A stretch of DNA of 64,000 nt from Neoechinorhynchus agilis (GCA_051530055.1 CM121341.1:12874784-12938783), one strand, 5' to 3'. Positions 1-11,915 are shown, counted from the first letter of the stretch. Numbers and translations are program-made. Notes: generated by a model not told the origin, from the sequence alone.

Positions 1-447
1 ATCAAAACAACATTGTCGGTTATTTATGTTTTAATAAAATCAAAATTTTGGGCTAAAATTTTAACTCAAAATTAAACGAAAAATTAGACCTGACACAATT
101 TAAAAAAATCTTAAAAATTGCCAAACGTAACTGTACAAGAGCGTTGAGGCTTCAACTGAGTTATAAAAGACAATATTGTATTTGGAAAACATGGGCAATT
201 GCGACCTTAACCTTTTTTAGTTGCGGTCGTCCACCCGAACAGCGGCCTATATTCGGTGAGGCCCTTCTACAAAATGCGTCCTTTTTAAGACAAAAAGAGA
301 AGATGGAACTGGTCAGGAGGATGAATTACTGGTTGCAAGTATTATAAACAAACGAATAACATAACTTCCATGTTTGAAAATTAACCGCTCTCACGTGTGT
401 TTGTATTGTATTATATAACCATCGAAACTAACTGAGATCTGTGGTTC

Positions 448-756
448 TCAGTTAAAGTTCTCAATCCATTTGATGCAATAGATAAGATCACCCTCAAACG
501 TTGACTTATCATACGGTATCCAGGGAAACACTGATTCAGGGAAATCATCGCCATAATCTTTCTTCAGATGAACGTATTCTTTGTACTTAGGATTACCTTC
601 AACGATTGCTTCCATATCCTTAAATTTGTCATCCGAATCCGGGTCCGCATAATACTTCACATCCATCCGTCTAATCTCCGCATCTCTTTTCATTTGATGT
701 CTTAAACTGTCATTTCCTCCGACTATCCGGTCTCCGAATACCGAGGAAACGCCCAA
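448..756 (-). pseudogene. Orphan-family gene fragment (GDRIVGGNDSLRHQ family), 5' part replaced by a CRE insertion
   Basis: Shares a 46-nt identical stretch (tcggagaccggatagtcggaggaaatgacagtttaagacatcaaat) with the 62854-63090 ORF; homology stops near 750 where CRE sequence begins. Confidence 0.45.
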
Positions 757-759
757 CGC

Positions 760-3060
760 AACCGGGCCGCCAGGGGCCCGTCAAATCACGTTATGGGAAT
801 CTGGTCAAATCCCGCGATCGCTTCAACCGGCGACACCAGAAAATCCGTCGACGGTCCCTGATGAAGCCGGCAGCCTTCCTTCCGCTGCTGATCTCGTGCT
901 TGTTCTTACCAGGAACATTCTGAAACGGATCCCAAAGGGCGCAGGATATCTAGCAGCTAACGGATTCACCACACTTCTGCTGGACTGCTTCGAGCAAAAT
1001 TCAGTCCTGATATACACGGCTCTTTGCTTTCCCCAGACTTGTACTTTCCGCTGGCGACAGTTCGGAGAAATCCCTCACTGCGGTAATCAAAAGACGCTTC
1101 GTTTCCTTCGAGAAAAGTTTCTCGGGCACTCGTCGTTTAGCAAAGGAGGATCCCAAACAACGTGTGAGTGAGACTAACTGCCATCGAACATCGACGAGAT
1201 CGCTTGCTGAGCGCGTATCGTCAAAACGCGCCGATGGAGATGTTCGGGGAGCCCTCATAGACACTCCATTTCGACAGTTGAACTGAGAATGGCCATATCC
1301 TTCATCAATGGCTCTGGCTATGGCCTCGATGGGATTCGTCCTCAGCACCTAAAGGGTATGATGTCGTTCTCAGTTGGAGATGCAGGGCTCTCCCTTGCTA
1401 CCCATCTTTGTCGACTAGTCGACCTTTTCATCGAAAAAAATTTACATCCACGGGTAATTGAGTTACTTTTGGCGCATCTTTGCGCGCTTTGAACAAAAAG
1501 ACTGGTGAGATTCGTCCTATCGCCGCTGGCTCTGCTCTACGTCGGCTCGCGGGTAAAATCCTTTGCAAGCGTATTGCAGAAGAGGTAGGGCAGCAACTTC
1601 GCCCAGTACACCCCGCGGGTTCGAAGCAATTGTCAGAGCACTCCGCCAGTTCATCACCAATAGTTCAACGCCGTGTGTGATTTTGAAATACGACTTTACA
1701 AATGCCTTCAATTCCATTCACCGTACCGCTCTGTTTGAGGCACTCAAAAGTCACGCGCCAGAAGCTTTTCCTTATTTTCTCAACGCATACGTGGCCCCGA
1801 CTCCTTTGCTGTTCAACGACCACCTCATTTGTCCGAAAGAGGAATACATCAGGGAAACCCACTCGGTCCAATCGCTTTCTCTCTTGCAGCGAATCCAATA
1901 GCGCACTCTCTCCAATCCAGCTTTAACGCTTGGTATCTGGATGACGCTACGCTCGGAGCTGATCCCTCCGTAGGACTGCGAGATTGGGCGTTGAGCTTAA
2001 TGCAGGGAAATGCGAATTGTTGGTAATGAACATCGAAGACGAGTCAGCCCAGAGCGAAATCATCAAAGGGTTTAGAAATCCCCGGTTTAGAATTGATCAC
2101 GCTAGACAGGCTGAATCTTCTAGAGAGCTGCGTTTTTGATCCTAATGTTGAAAAAGAAATCGACCATCTACTACTGAACATCACGATGCTGTGCGATAGA
2201 GTCCGGGAACTTTCGTCACACGAGGCTCTATCCCTGATCGAGAATACCCTCTTCATCCAGAAACTGCTGTATAAACTGCGCACGGCTTCCTTCCTCAAGC
2301 ACGTCGATAAGTTGAAACAAGCTCGATGACGTTGTGAAGGCGTATCTCGAGCACACTTTAAATATCCAGCTATCAGACGAGGCCTGGCGACAAGCTTCAT
2401 TGCCTGTACCGTCCGGTGGCTTGAGTACTCGAGAAACAGTAGATGTGTCGTTGCCCGCGTTTTGAGGATCATTTGAAGGGAGTCGGAATCTGGTAAACCG
2501 TATATTAGGACCCAAGTTCTGTGTTTTCGCGACGAGGTCGACCGGGCTAGATTGCTGGCAGTCTCTACAAGAGAATCGGGAGCATGGTTAGAAGCCCTAC
2601 CCATTGCATCAGTGGGAACACTCCTCGTAGACGAAGCAGTTCGGATCGGAGTGTCCCTCAGATTAGGTCTACAGATTTGTGTTGAACATGGTTGCCGGTG
2701 TGGAATGATCTTGGATCCACTGGGAAGACATGATCTTGTTTGCAACAAATCAGGGGATCGTTTCTCACGGCATTCTGAATTGAACGACGTAATTTCGCGT
2801 GCCCTAAATACGGTGAACGCCCCAACCATTTTAGAGCCAAGCAACCTGTGCAGGTTAGATGGTCGTCTTCCGGATGGTGTCACCGTATTCCCGTGGAGAA
2901 AAGGCAAATGTCTTCTCTGGGACGTCACGTGTGTAGATACGTTAGCGGCAAGTAATAGGAGGTCTGTGGTGCAGTCCCAAGGGGGAGCAGCCACTGCCGC
3001 GGAGGACCGAAAGGTGGCGAAATATAAAGAATTAGGTAGTACTCAAGTTTTTGTCGTGTT
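760..3060 (+). mobile_element. Degenerate CRE-clade non-LTR retrotransposon (RT plus restriction-like endonuclease)
   Basis: Frameshifted fragments: LKRIPKGA, GIRPIA, DFxNAFNS, QGNPLGP, AWYLDDATL, CRCG zinc knuckle, RHSELND, PDGVTVFPW..GK.LLWDVTCVD. Confidence 0.88.
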
Positions 3061-3918
3061 GACCATATCAATATGTATATCGACTCTTATCAGTCGATAG
3101 AATTTCCTATTTTCGGTTTCACGGAGACGGGTTTCTTTGAACAACTCTGTGATACCAAACTTCGGTCCTTATTTCCAAACAAAAACTAAACGATGCTAAC
3201 GGTTCGCGCAGTCACGCATTCACACTGTTAGCGTATTATGCAACTGAGGTGCATATTAATATTGTGTTTTTATTATGATAATATACTACAATCTCATTGT
3301 TTCACCTACGAAGGTCATCTCGCAGTTGTTGCAATGGATGCGGTATACCACATCAGATCTCGTGTTTTGCTGAGGTTTTCTTTTAAAGATGCCCGCAATA
3401 GTCGACGAACGGGGCATTTTGAATTTCCAAGTCTGTCCTGCGTATCAGATTAGAAGATTGCGGTGAACGTTTTTAGGTTGTCGGACATATAAAAGTTTTT
3501 TAACATCTTTTGATGAAGGCGCTAAAGAAGATATAGTTTAATATATCCTTTATGCAATGAAGTAGATTACGAACAGAGGAGAAACTGTTGCTAGGGAAAG
3601 GAAGAAGTGGCTGACTTTGAAAAATCCCTGTATATTCCGAAATTTGGAATCATCGCATAAGATTATTTCTTTATTGTCCGAGGATTTAACCTCCGATTGG
3701 ATATTAAAGCGACTAAAGCAATCAGGACACTATTAAAGAACTTTCGCATTTAATAGGTTTAACATCCAAACAAAAAACCCAGCGCCTTCATTGGGTCCAA
3801 AAACGGTCGATTGTTCTTAATGTTTTTATATAGCAGCGAAATTAAAAGTAATTTTTTAGTGTTGAAAGCGTATTTAAGATCGCATGATGATGAACTTACG
3901 GATTTTAAATTTTTGCTG

Positions 3919-4165
3919 TTAAGCAGTACAATGGGACGAATCCCACCTTCCTTTTTCGCGAGGGCACACAAAGATGCGCCGAAAAAATAGCTCAATTGTT
4001 TTCGGAATCAACTCTCTCCCTACAAATTGGTCGACTAAGCGTGCCAATGCATCTTCAAGGGACTGAGCAGTGTCATCTACTGAAAAGGAAGTCATATCCT
4101 TTAGGTGTTGGGGCAGCAGCCCGTCAAGCCCGTGAGCTGATCCGGTGGCTTTACCCGGCAACTGA
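3919..4165 (-). mobile_element. CRE RT fragment
   Basis: GSAHGLDGLLPQHLKDM and FFGASLCALAKKEGGIRPI match the other CRE copies in the window. Confidence 0.78.
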
Positions 4166-4833
4166 GTGTCTTCGGGTCAAGGCAGGCTTTAAGATTCGGT
4201 CACCTCGGTTAAGTCTGATGTGGTTGATTTAATTTTAAGCACGGAAACTACGACGAAATACAATCAAAATTTAAATCGATACATAATCATTGTAACCTGG
4301 CTAAATAACACTCATCACGCACATTAATAAACATCGCCTTTTTTGTAAAAAAACAGTGATTATTGTTGTGCAATAACATTTCAAGTATCCGTCCATCACT
4401 GTAGAATTCTTCCGTGTCGAGTTTTAGTTTCTTCCGTGTTTCCTTCGCGAGAATCAATTTGTACTACCCTGACTTGTGGTGAGCAAAATTACGCGGTTAA
4501 AAATCATTTTATTCTTCGCGAAATATTCCGAGGGGGGGAAATTTCGCCTTATCAATTTGTTATTTTACCTTTTTTGGATGATTGATAAGGCGAGATTTCC
4601 TCTTTTAAAGTAACCGGATGATTATCTTCACTACACAAGTCAAAAATTTGTAAATCGGATGTATTTTCTCTCGATATTTATATGTGCGCGCTTGACACGA
4701 AAGAACATGGCGTGACATTCGGAACAAATTTCTAAAGGAATCACTTTTCTGGTTCTTTTTCAAAAGAAACATTTTTTGTGTGTACTTTTAGAGGATATGG
4801 CGGTTTTTAGTTATGCGTTTGTCAAAGCTTTAG

Positions 4834-7158
4834 ATGCGTGAATCGAGTGTGAATCGGCGTTCGTCTGTGATGCCGATGGACGCAGTGGACTTGTTTGTCC
4901 GCGACGGAGACGCATCCCGTCGTGCAACTCCTCTTCCGTCATCGTCCAGATCGCGGCAGCATTTCCATCAACAACAGTCGTATCGTTATCCGAATGGCAA
5001 CAATAACCAACATCGCCGGTTTCCGTTTCGCTACGACAATCGCAATAATCGCCCTCTCCATCCGCCCATAAGATTTGGCCGGGCCCCTCCATTCTATCAC
5101 AATGATCGTCAACTCATATACCCTCGAGTGACGTATCATTGTATTTTATGCAACATGTCCTGTACAAGTGAAGATGTCTTTGAGTCTCATGTGATCGGAC
5201 AGAAGCATTTAAAGAAACTTAAAAGGAAACGAGAACTCCAACAACAAGGAGTCATCGAAAAAGTACATCAATCTGAACTCTATTGTAAGCTTTGTAATGT
5301 CGAACTCACCAATCATGATCATATGGCAATGCATATGAACGGCCGTAAACACAAACAAAACGCCAGGAAAGCCGGTGAACAAGTGAACGTTGAACTGGAC
5401 TGCGATCTGGATGCGTTTGCTATTCCGGACGATAAGAAGAAAGATATTCCGCCTATGCCTGCCGGTCAAACTCAGGTTTTCGATCGGTATTGCAAACATT
5501 GCGATAAATTCCTGTCGGGGAAGTCCCAAGTCCTTTTGCATATTAAGAGTCATAAACATCGTATGAAGGTAGGTGAAGAAATCCCGGCTAAAAAGAAAAA
5601 GGATAAGCGACTCGACGAGCTCGCCGCTGCCCGAAAAACGGCACTCGATGCTGCCAAAAGAAATATGAGACAACGAAGACCGCAACCGAGTTATCCTAAT
5701 CCAATGATCGCTCCACTACTTAAGGCATTTACGCCCTTCACTGCAACGGACATCTTTGGAGCAAGTGGTGGACAAGACTCGGACGTTGGTTTCGGTGCGT
5801 TCGGCCCAGATGAAACTGCTGAACCAATGCAATTCCCGCCGTTTGAGGCTTTTTGTGGAGATATTCATCGGGCTTTTGGTCTTATTGATGAAGACGGTGA
5901 ATATGACTTTGGTGCTACCGCTTATATGACCGAAAACGTTTCCAATTTGCCCCTTGTTCACATCCCGCAAGAACAACCTAAGGGGCTCGACTCGGTAAAA
6001 CCGTTGTTCGAGATTCCTGAAGAAGAGGCGGACGAAGAAGAGTGTGATGTGAAAGACGAAAGCGAACCTGATACCGGAGAAGAAGTGGAGAATGAGGAAA
6101 AAGAAGCAAACGAGAATTCGTATCAACAAAATGTTCAAGAGGTAGCAAAGGAAATGCAAACGGAAAATAGGAAAAGACCGGCAGTTGAACCGATGGAATC
6201 GTCTATCAAACGAAGACAATCGTCGCCTCCTCATTTGCGTACGAAAAAATCTCCCATCGAACAGTCAAAACGGGCTAATCGTCGATCACCATCTTCAAGA
6301 CACAGACGAAGCTCCCCAGAAGTCCTTCGTCGTCGAACCCCAGAAGTTCGTCGTCGATCGCCTGATTTGAGCACTCGCTCTTCTGAAGTCCGTCGTCGAT
6401 CTCCAGAAGTTCGTCGTCGATCGCCTGACTTGAACACTCGCTCTTCTGAAATCCGTCGTCGATCTCCAGAAGTTCACCGTCGATCGCCTGACTTGAACAC
6501 TCGCTCTTCTGAAGTTCACCGTCGATCGCCCGACTTGAACACTCGCTCTTCTGAAGTCCGTCGTCGATCTCCAGAGGTCCGTCGTCGTTCTCCTGACTTG
6601 AATCACCATTCGCCAGGTCGGCGCTCTCCTCGACCACGACGTTTTTCGCCTTCCTTGTCATCGAGGAAGCATCGATCGCCACCAAGTTCATCTGACCACA
6701 AACCACAAAGATTCCATAAAAGTCCATCTCCTCCCCGTCACTCTAAACACGAAACTCGTGATATTCTCGATGAGCCTCCACTTCTCAGGCAGTATCGATT
6801 GCAGAAGCAGAAAGAGGTTGAACAAAAAAAGAAGAGTCCGCCTCCAAAAGTGGATGATCCGCCGCTTCTGGCCAAATATAGGCCTGAGAAAGGAAAAACG
6901 GAAAAGGAAGATCGCCGTCGTAGTCGGTCTCACTCAAGTGAGGACCGTATTACTCGAAATCTTAAGGTTCTTGCTGCTTCTGGGAGCAGCGATATACGTC
7001 CACCGCTGCGATTAACAAATGTTGTTGACCGAGAAGATAGCACTAAATCGCCAAGAAGTCGCCATAAGAAAGATGTGCGTCGGGATGATCGCCGCGGTCA
7101 TCGTGACCACGATAGACGACGAGATGATCGATCCTCTGATCGTTCAAGGCGTCGATAA
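4834..7158 (+). CDS. Matrin/U1-type zinc-finger RNA-binding protein with acidic region and long RS-rich tail (774 aa, intronless)
   Basis: Three C-x2-C-x12-H-x5-H fingers (YHCILC..HVIGQKH, LYCKLC..HMNGRKH, RYCKHC..HIKSHKH) plus RRRSP repeats. Confidence 0.85.
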   Translation: MRESSVNRRSSVMPMDAVDLFVRDGDASRRATPLPSSSRSRQHFHQQQSYRYPNGNNNQHRRFPFRYDNRNNRPLHPPIRFGRAPPFYHNDRQLIYPRVTYHCILCNMSCTSEDVFESHVIGQKHLKKLKRKRELQQQGVIEKVHQSELYCKLCNVELTNHDHMAMHMNGRKHKQNARKAGEQVNVELDCDLDAFAIPDDKKKDIPPMPAGQTQVFDRYCKHCDKFLSGKSQVLLHIKSHKHRMKVGEEIPAKKKKDKRLDELAAARKTALDAAKRNMRQRRPQPSYPNPMIAPLLKAFTPFTATDIFGASGGQDSDVGFGAFGPDETAEPMQFPPFEAFCGDIHRAFGLIDEDGEYDFGATAYMTENVSNLPLVHIPQEQPKGLDSVKPLFEIPEEEADEEECDVKDESEPDTGEEVENEEKEANENSYQQNVQEVAKEMQTENRKRPAVEPMESSIKRRQSSPPHLRTKKSPIEQSKRANRRSPSSRHRRSSPEVLRRRTPEVRRRSPDLSTRSSEVRRRSPEVRRRSPDLNTRSSEIRRRSPEVHRRSPDLNTRSSEVHRRSPDLNTRSSEVRRRSPEVRRRSPDLNHHSPGRRSPRPRRFSPSLSSRKHRSPPSSSDHKPQRFHKSPSPPRHSKHETRDILDEPPLLRQYRLQKQKEVEQKKKSPPPKVDDPPLLAKYRPEKGKTEKEDRRRSRSHSSEDRITRNLKVLAASGSSDIRPPLRLTNVVDREDSTKSPRSRHKKDVRRDDRRGHRDHDRRRDDRSSDRSRRR
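6317..6602 (+). repeat. Coding minisatellite (21/42-bp units encoding EVRRRSP and DLNTRSS)
   Basis: Repeated gaagt(c/t)cgtcgtcgatc and cctgacttgaacactcgctcttct units. Confidence 0.9.
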
Positions 7159-7507
7159 AAACAAAAGCTTAATAAAGCCATCTCACATTTACGTGGATAG
7201 GTGGGAGGGAATGTAGGTGCAGATGCGAGATTGCTTTTATATGGGGGATGGGAGAATGGTGGGTGGGGGGTGTAAATTGCGTTTTTTAAAGCGACATTCT
7301 TCATTTAGGCATCCATAGGTGTTAAAGTTATTGTAGCTTTAAAATGTAATACAGGTGCCTAATTGTGATTATAGAAAATTTGTAGTTTTTCTTCTAATCC
7401 ATCTTGACGATCGCCGTTTTTTTCTCAAAAATATCGCAAATCGCACGCGCACACAAACCCCCCATTCCCTGGTCACCATTTGATTCTATACTCTGAATCC
7501 GTTTCAG

Positions 7508-8632
7508 ATGACGACTTCGTTTCTCTCAAGTGACCATACGACTACTCATCCTGTAACATATCTCGCTGAACTCGGAACGCTATTTTCCACCATACCGACC
7601 TACGTCGTGACAGATTCTCATCCCCGACAATGCCCCATTTACACTGTCCGAGCGCAATTTTGCGGACTCGAGAAATCAGCATCTAGCTCTAACAAAAAAC
7701 AAGCCAAATTTCTTGCTGCCAACGCATTATTGATATCGTTGTCAGTGGATCAAAGTCCATTGTTGGCATCATTAAGAAATGCACAATTCTCCGGTGACTT
7801 AATGGCCAAAGTGAAATTAAAGCTAAACCAGTATGCTGAATTGGCGACTGCTTTTTCTGACATGAATCACGTTTCTATCCAAAATCCTATTGAGGAACTA
7901 TATTTGCTAATGAGGATGGCTAATAAGGACGTTAAACGGAAACGGAGTTTCGATGTGTATAACGACGAAACATCGTGCTAAAATAGTGTTCGATATTCAA
8001 TTGAGGATCTGTTTGAGCGATCGCATGATTGGCGGTGTTGTCTTCGATACGAATGTCGTTTGTCAATTGGACAAGAAGGTGTCTATACCGTAAGTGCACT
8101 GGGAAATTCAAAGAAAATGAGTAAACGAAATGCAGCAATGAAAGCGATTGACTCTATTCGTAATGTGAACAATGATCTACGGTCAGATGAACGACTTCGT
8201 GCTTATATGGAATCATTGAACCTCGCAGAATATGACTCTATAAGAGATACATGCGATTCAAGCTCGACAATAAAATCGCAGAAATCGAGCACCGGTGATC
8301 TTTTATGTGCCCTTAAATGTCACTCGTGGCTCCAGTTGAAAAATCTAGATCCAACGAACTTTGACACTTATCGCTCATGCACACTGGACGCTCCGAATTG
8401 GAAGGCTCTGATGGAATCAATACTTGCTGAAATCAGCATTGATTTTCGCATAAACGAGGCTTTATGTGACGAAGAAGACTGTGGGATTTTCTTATGTCTA
8501 GACTCAAAACCGCAAATGACCTTTTACGGATTCGGGAAAAGTTATGATGCTGCATGTGACAATGCCGCTTTTGAATGTCTTTATCTTCTTAACTACGCAG
8601 GATTCGGTATTGAGGATGCAGGTTTTTCATAG
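7508..8632 (+). CDS. Double-stranded RNA-binding protein (TARBP2/PACT/Loquacious-like), two exons
   Basis: dsRBD1 (HPVTYLAEL..SSNKKQAKFLAA), dsRBD2 (NPIEEL..GNSKKMSKRNAAMKA) and a third degenerate dsRBD (FYGFGKSYDAACDNAAFECL). The two ORFs are in one frame, separated by TAA at 7979-7981 inside a short insert. Confidence 0.8.
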
Positions 8633-9436
8633 AATACCGATTCCGCGTGTGTAGAGAAATGGGATCGAAAACAAACATAGGAAGTGTAAAAGTTAAGACC
8701 TTCTCAGAAGACGCATAATTCGTATAAATTATGGGTGAAACTGTTAGGTTTTACGTTTCGCATAAGCAGATATTTTAAGACTCTTTTTCGTGTATTTTTG
8801 ATTAATTTCACTAAGGCCTATGAAGGAAAGGAAGGAGAAAACTCACTGTGGAGTCCTGCCTCCTCGGGAGGTATCTGAGGATCTGGAGGGAAGTACGAAA
8901 ACTCTTTACCGCGTATGGTTTTAGAGTTGAAGTGATTTCATGTCCTTCCCTTGCCCGGATCGTTGGGCAGCGTGCCAGATAGGAAAATAAGCAGAGAAAG
9001 GGATTTTCTAGAATACTTAAATAATATAACCGGCTAGCCAGAAGACAAGAGAATTCTACATTTATCCCGAGGTAGAAAACTGGCTGAATTTGTTGTGCAT
9101 TCTGTAGTTGTGTCGAAGTGGTCTATTTGATTTCCTTTCCTTTGCTAACAATGCTCGAGAAGGGGGCTGAGGCCTTGGAAATTCGCAATGAAGATTTCAA
9201 TAATAAAGCTCGAGTGTGTAACAATTTGCCATTAAGAGGACTTAAGGAAATGCACAATTAAAAAAAGGTAAAATGATAAAATTTAAAGTTTTTACCGGCA
9301 AACCGGTTTTGTTTTTGTCATCATTAAATTTTTAGTTTGCCCCTTCTTGTCCGGCTTATTTTTAGGCATAAAGCCAAACCAATTACATCAGAGAAGTGAT
9401 ACAACCGCATAGTCTCTAATGTCGGTTAAGAGTTTG

Positions 9437-9535
9437 TACATTCCTCCGGATCCTCAGATACCTCTACCGCTGAAGGGAGGAAACTCACTGATAAGTCCCG
9501 CCTCCTGGAGGTATCTGAGGATCCGGATGAATGTA
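9437..9535. repeat. 28-bp inverted repeat element (MITE-like); partial second copy at about 8831-8913
   Basis: tacattcctccggatcctcagatacctc (9437-9464) pairs with gaggtatctgaggatccggatgaatgta (9508-9535), 27/28. Confidence 0.8.
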
Positions 9536-9763
9536 CCAACTCTTAACCGTGCATTAGAGACTATGTGGTTATATCACTTCTCTGATGTAATTGGTTTGGG
9601 TTTATGCCTAAAAATAAGCTGGACAAGAAGGAACAAACTAAAAATTTAATGATAACGACAAAATTGATTTTAGTGTTTGACGAAGTAAGGAAATAAGTTT
9701 CATCCATCTAAAATTAAAAAAAGAAAGTAAAATTACAGAATTGATTTTAGTGCTTGTTTTTAT

Positions 9764-10005
9764 GTGGCGGTGAACATTTAAAAGAATTTATTAATTCCAT
9801 TATGCTTGGGAGGCACAATCGTGTACGTGAAAAGGCTTAATTGTCGTTCGACCTAACAAAAACGGGATTTTTTATGTGAAAGATTTATGAAAGTCGCAAC
9901 ATCAATAAAAAAGAAGGAACCTTTTTCGATGAGATAATAGAAAAAATCCCCCATCCCAACCTCCGCAAACGAATGGAATAAATTCTTTAAATTTTTCACC
10001 GCCAC
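9764..10005. mobile_element. MITE family A (TIR GTGGCGGTGAAAAATTAA..GAATTTATT)
   Basis: Left TIR at 9764 and reverse-complement TIR ending at 10005; relatives at 11788, 14146 and 44791. Confidence 0.7.
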
Positions 10006-10287
10006 CTGAAAAACGAGCATTTATTGTTTGTTTGGTATTTATAGAATCAAAATGAGCGTAAAACGACGCGTTCAAAACCATATTGCTCGTCCAAAACAAA
10101 AGCACGTCGTTATCTTCGAAACAATCGGCACTATAAAAGGCGTTGTTGAATCATCGTAAGTTTTTACTTGTTCGCTAGTAGCGCTTTTTCTCTCAAGAAC
10201 CCGACGTCATTTCTTATCTATATTTTCTTTCGTTCCTGTGGCGCTCTTTACCGTTTCCCATTTAATCTTCTTACAAAAAGCTTCGAT

Positions 10288-11448
10288 ATGCAGATGGAAC
10301 CAGTGCATCACGAGGACGGCTATTTCGTTTCCGGTCATAAGGAACGAGTGTTTACCCACAGTTTCCGAGGAGGTCTACAGCAACCGCCATTTTACGGTAG
10401 ACGACGGAGTGTTGGTCCGGTCTATGGATGGCGTACGATGGACGATTACAGGAACACTAGGACGAATCAAGTAGCTTACTACGGAGGGCCGCGACAAACC
10501 AGTTTAAGCGGCTTTCAATTCCAACAACCGAGAAACCGTCGAGTGACCACCGATCAACGAAGTCGTGTCTTTAGTCAAGGAAGCGATTTAAGAAATCAAC
10601 AGTTTCTGGAAGCTCGACCGCGTAGACGACGCCGATTGCGTCAACAACGTGGACCTCCTCCTACTCATCAAGCAAGGAGGAGAAAGCAGTCTATTGGGAG
10701 TCAGACGAATCCAGTTCCACCAACGCCACAACGCCCACAGCAACAACAACGTCGCTTCATTTGTCAACATTGCCGTGCCGCGTTCAATAGCGCCAAAGCC
10801 ATTACTTTACATCTAAAAGATCATCAAGAAGGTGAGAAAAAGGAAGGAAGTTCAATGACCTACGTCACCAACGAGGTCAATCTTCACAAATGTCCATTCT
10901 GCCCGTTCGCGTTTATGAGCGGAGGTGAGTTAAATCGGCATAAAGCACGATGCCGTGCTAGTCAACAGTTTTCATTTGACCTTAAATTGATCCATCCTGG
11001 CAATGAAAACTATTTGGTTTCTTGTCCTTTGTGTCGCAGCGTAACCAATTTAGCCCATGGACTCAAACGTCACATGGAACTCGCCCATCCTTTGGCTAGA
11101 GTCTCAGTATCGTACGAATGCGGTATTTGTCATAAAATCTTCGATGGGAAATCAGCGTCAAGTGTGATGGACGAAGAATCGAACTCTGAAACGGAACTGG
11201 CTTTAGATGCGGTCATTGCTCACATGGCTGTTGATCACACTGAACAACAAATTGAAGAACTTAAAAAAGAACGATCTATTCAGTTTATTGATGAACAGTT
11301 GAAGACCTATGAACGCGTTAGAGAGGCTAGAAGAAGTAGACGAAGAAGCGGTGGACGTCAAAATGAAGTAGTTACGAACGTTCTTGAAGATTTGCTCAAT
11401 TCTGTTCAGACGAACGAGCAAAACGTAGAGGTTGCTCGTAAAGAATGA
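10288..11448 (+). CDS. C2H2 zinc-finger ORF, possibly the N-terminal part of an R2/NeSL-type non-LTR element
   Basis: FICQHC..HLKDH, HKCPFC..HKARC, CPLC..GLKRHMELAHP..YECGICHKIF. A weak PNITVRDI-like pre-RT motif follows near 11575; no intact RT. Confidence 0.55.
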   Translation: MQMEPVHHEDGYFVSGHKERVFTHSFRGGLQQPPFYGRRRSVGPVYGWRTMDDYRNTRTNQVAYYGGPRQTSLSGFQFQQPRNRRVTTDQRSRVFSQGSDLRNQQFLEARPRRRRRLRQQRGPPPTHQARRRKQSIGSQTNPVPPTPQRPQQQQRRFICQHCRAAFNSAKAITLHLKDHQEGEKKEGSSMTYVTNEVNLHKCPFCPFAFMSGGELNRHKARCRASQQFSFDLKLIHPGNENYLVSCPLCRSVTNLAHGLKRHMELAHPLARVSVSYECGICHKIFDGKSASSVMDEESNSETELALDAVIAHMAVDHTEQQIEELKKERSIQFIDEQLKTYERVREARRSRRRSGGRQNEVVTNVLEDLLNSVQTNEQNVEVARKE

Positions 11449-11787
11449 AGCGACCTCTTTTGTGGGGTGTATGGCAGCCATATTTAACCGTTGTTTTGAT
11501 CTCCAAACGCGGATTATATCTAGTCCGCCCTTAACTCCATACACCGAGAGAGAAAATTGACAATATCCTCTATTCCCAATATCACCGTGCGCGATATTCA
11601 AATCTGTGTTTTTTTTATTCGAACGCAGAAATAAAACGAACTCGCGATCCCGGTTTTGGTTGGTTATGATGGTCAATATCATAGCGTACTAAAATTTCTG
11701 CAAACGTTTAGTACACTATGATCGTATCAAGGCTCACTATTCAAATCGGTGAAAATATTGAATTTAGCGATTGATTCTGATGTTTTT

Positions 11788-11915
11788 GTGGCGGTGAAAA
11801 ATTAATAGAATTTATTGAGTCCAATTGCACGCCTCTTGATCAAGGTTATTCAAAAGTGGAATCAATAAATTTGTTTTAATTTTTCAGCGCCATAAACAAG
11901 CAGTACATTCTTTTC
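11788..11915. mobile_element. MITE family A copy
   Basis: Near-identical reverse complement of 44770-44893; internally palindromic. Confidence 0.8.

Noticed and set aside
4939-7304. Antisense and alternate-frame ORFs over the RS protein and over CRE, LINE and Gypsy ORFs
   Set aside because: Shadows of low-complexity or GC-richer coding sequence with no recognisable domains.
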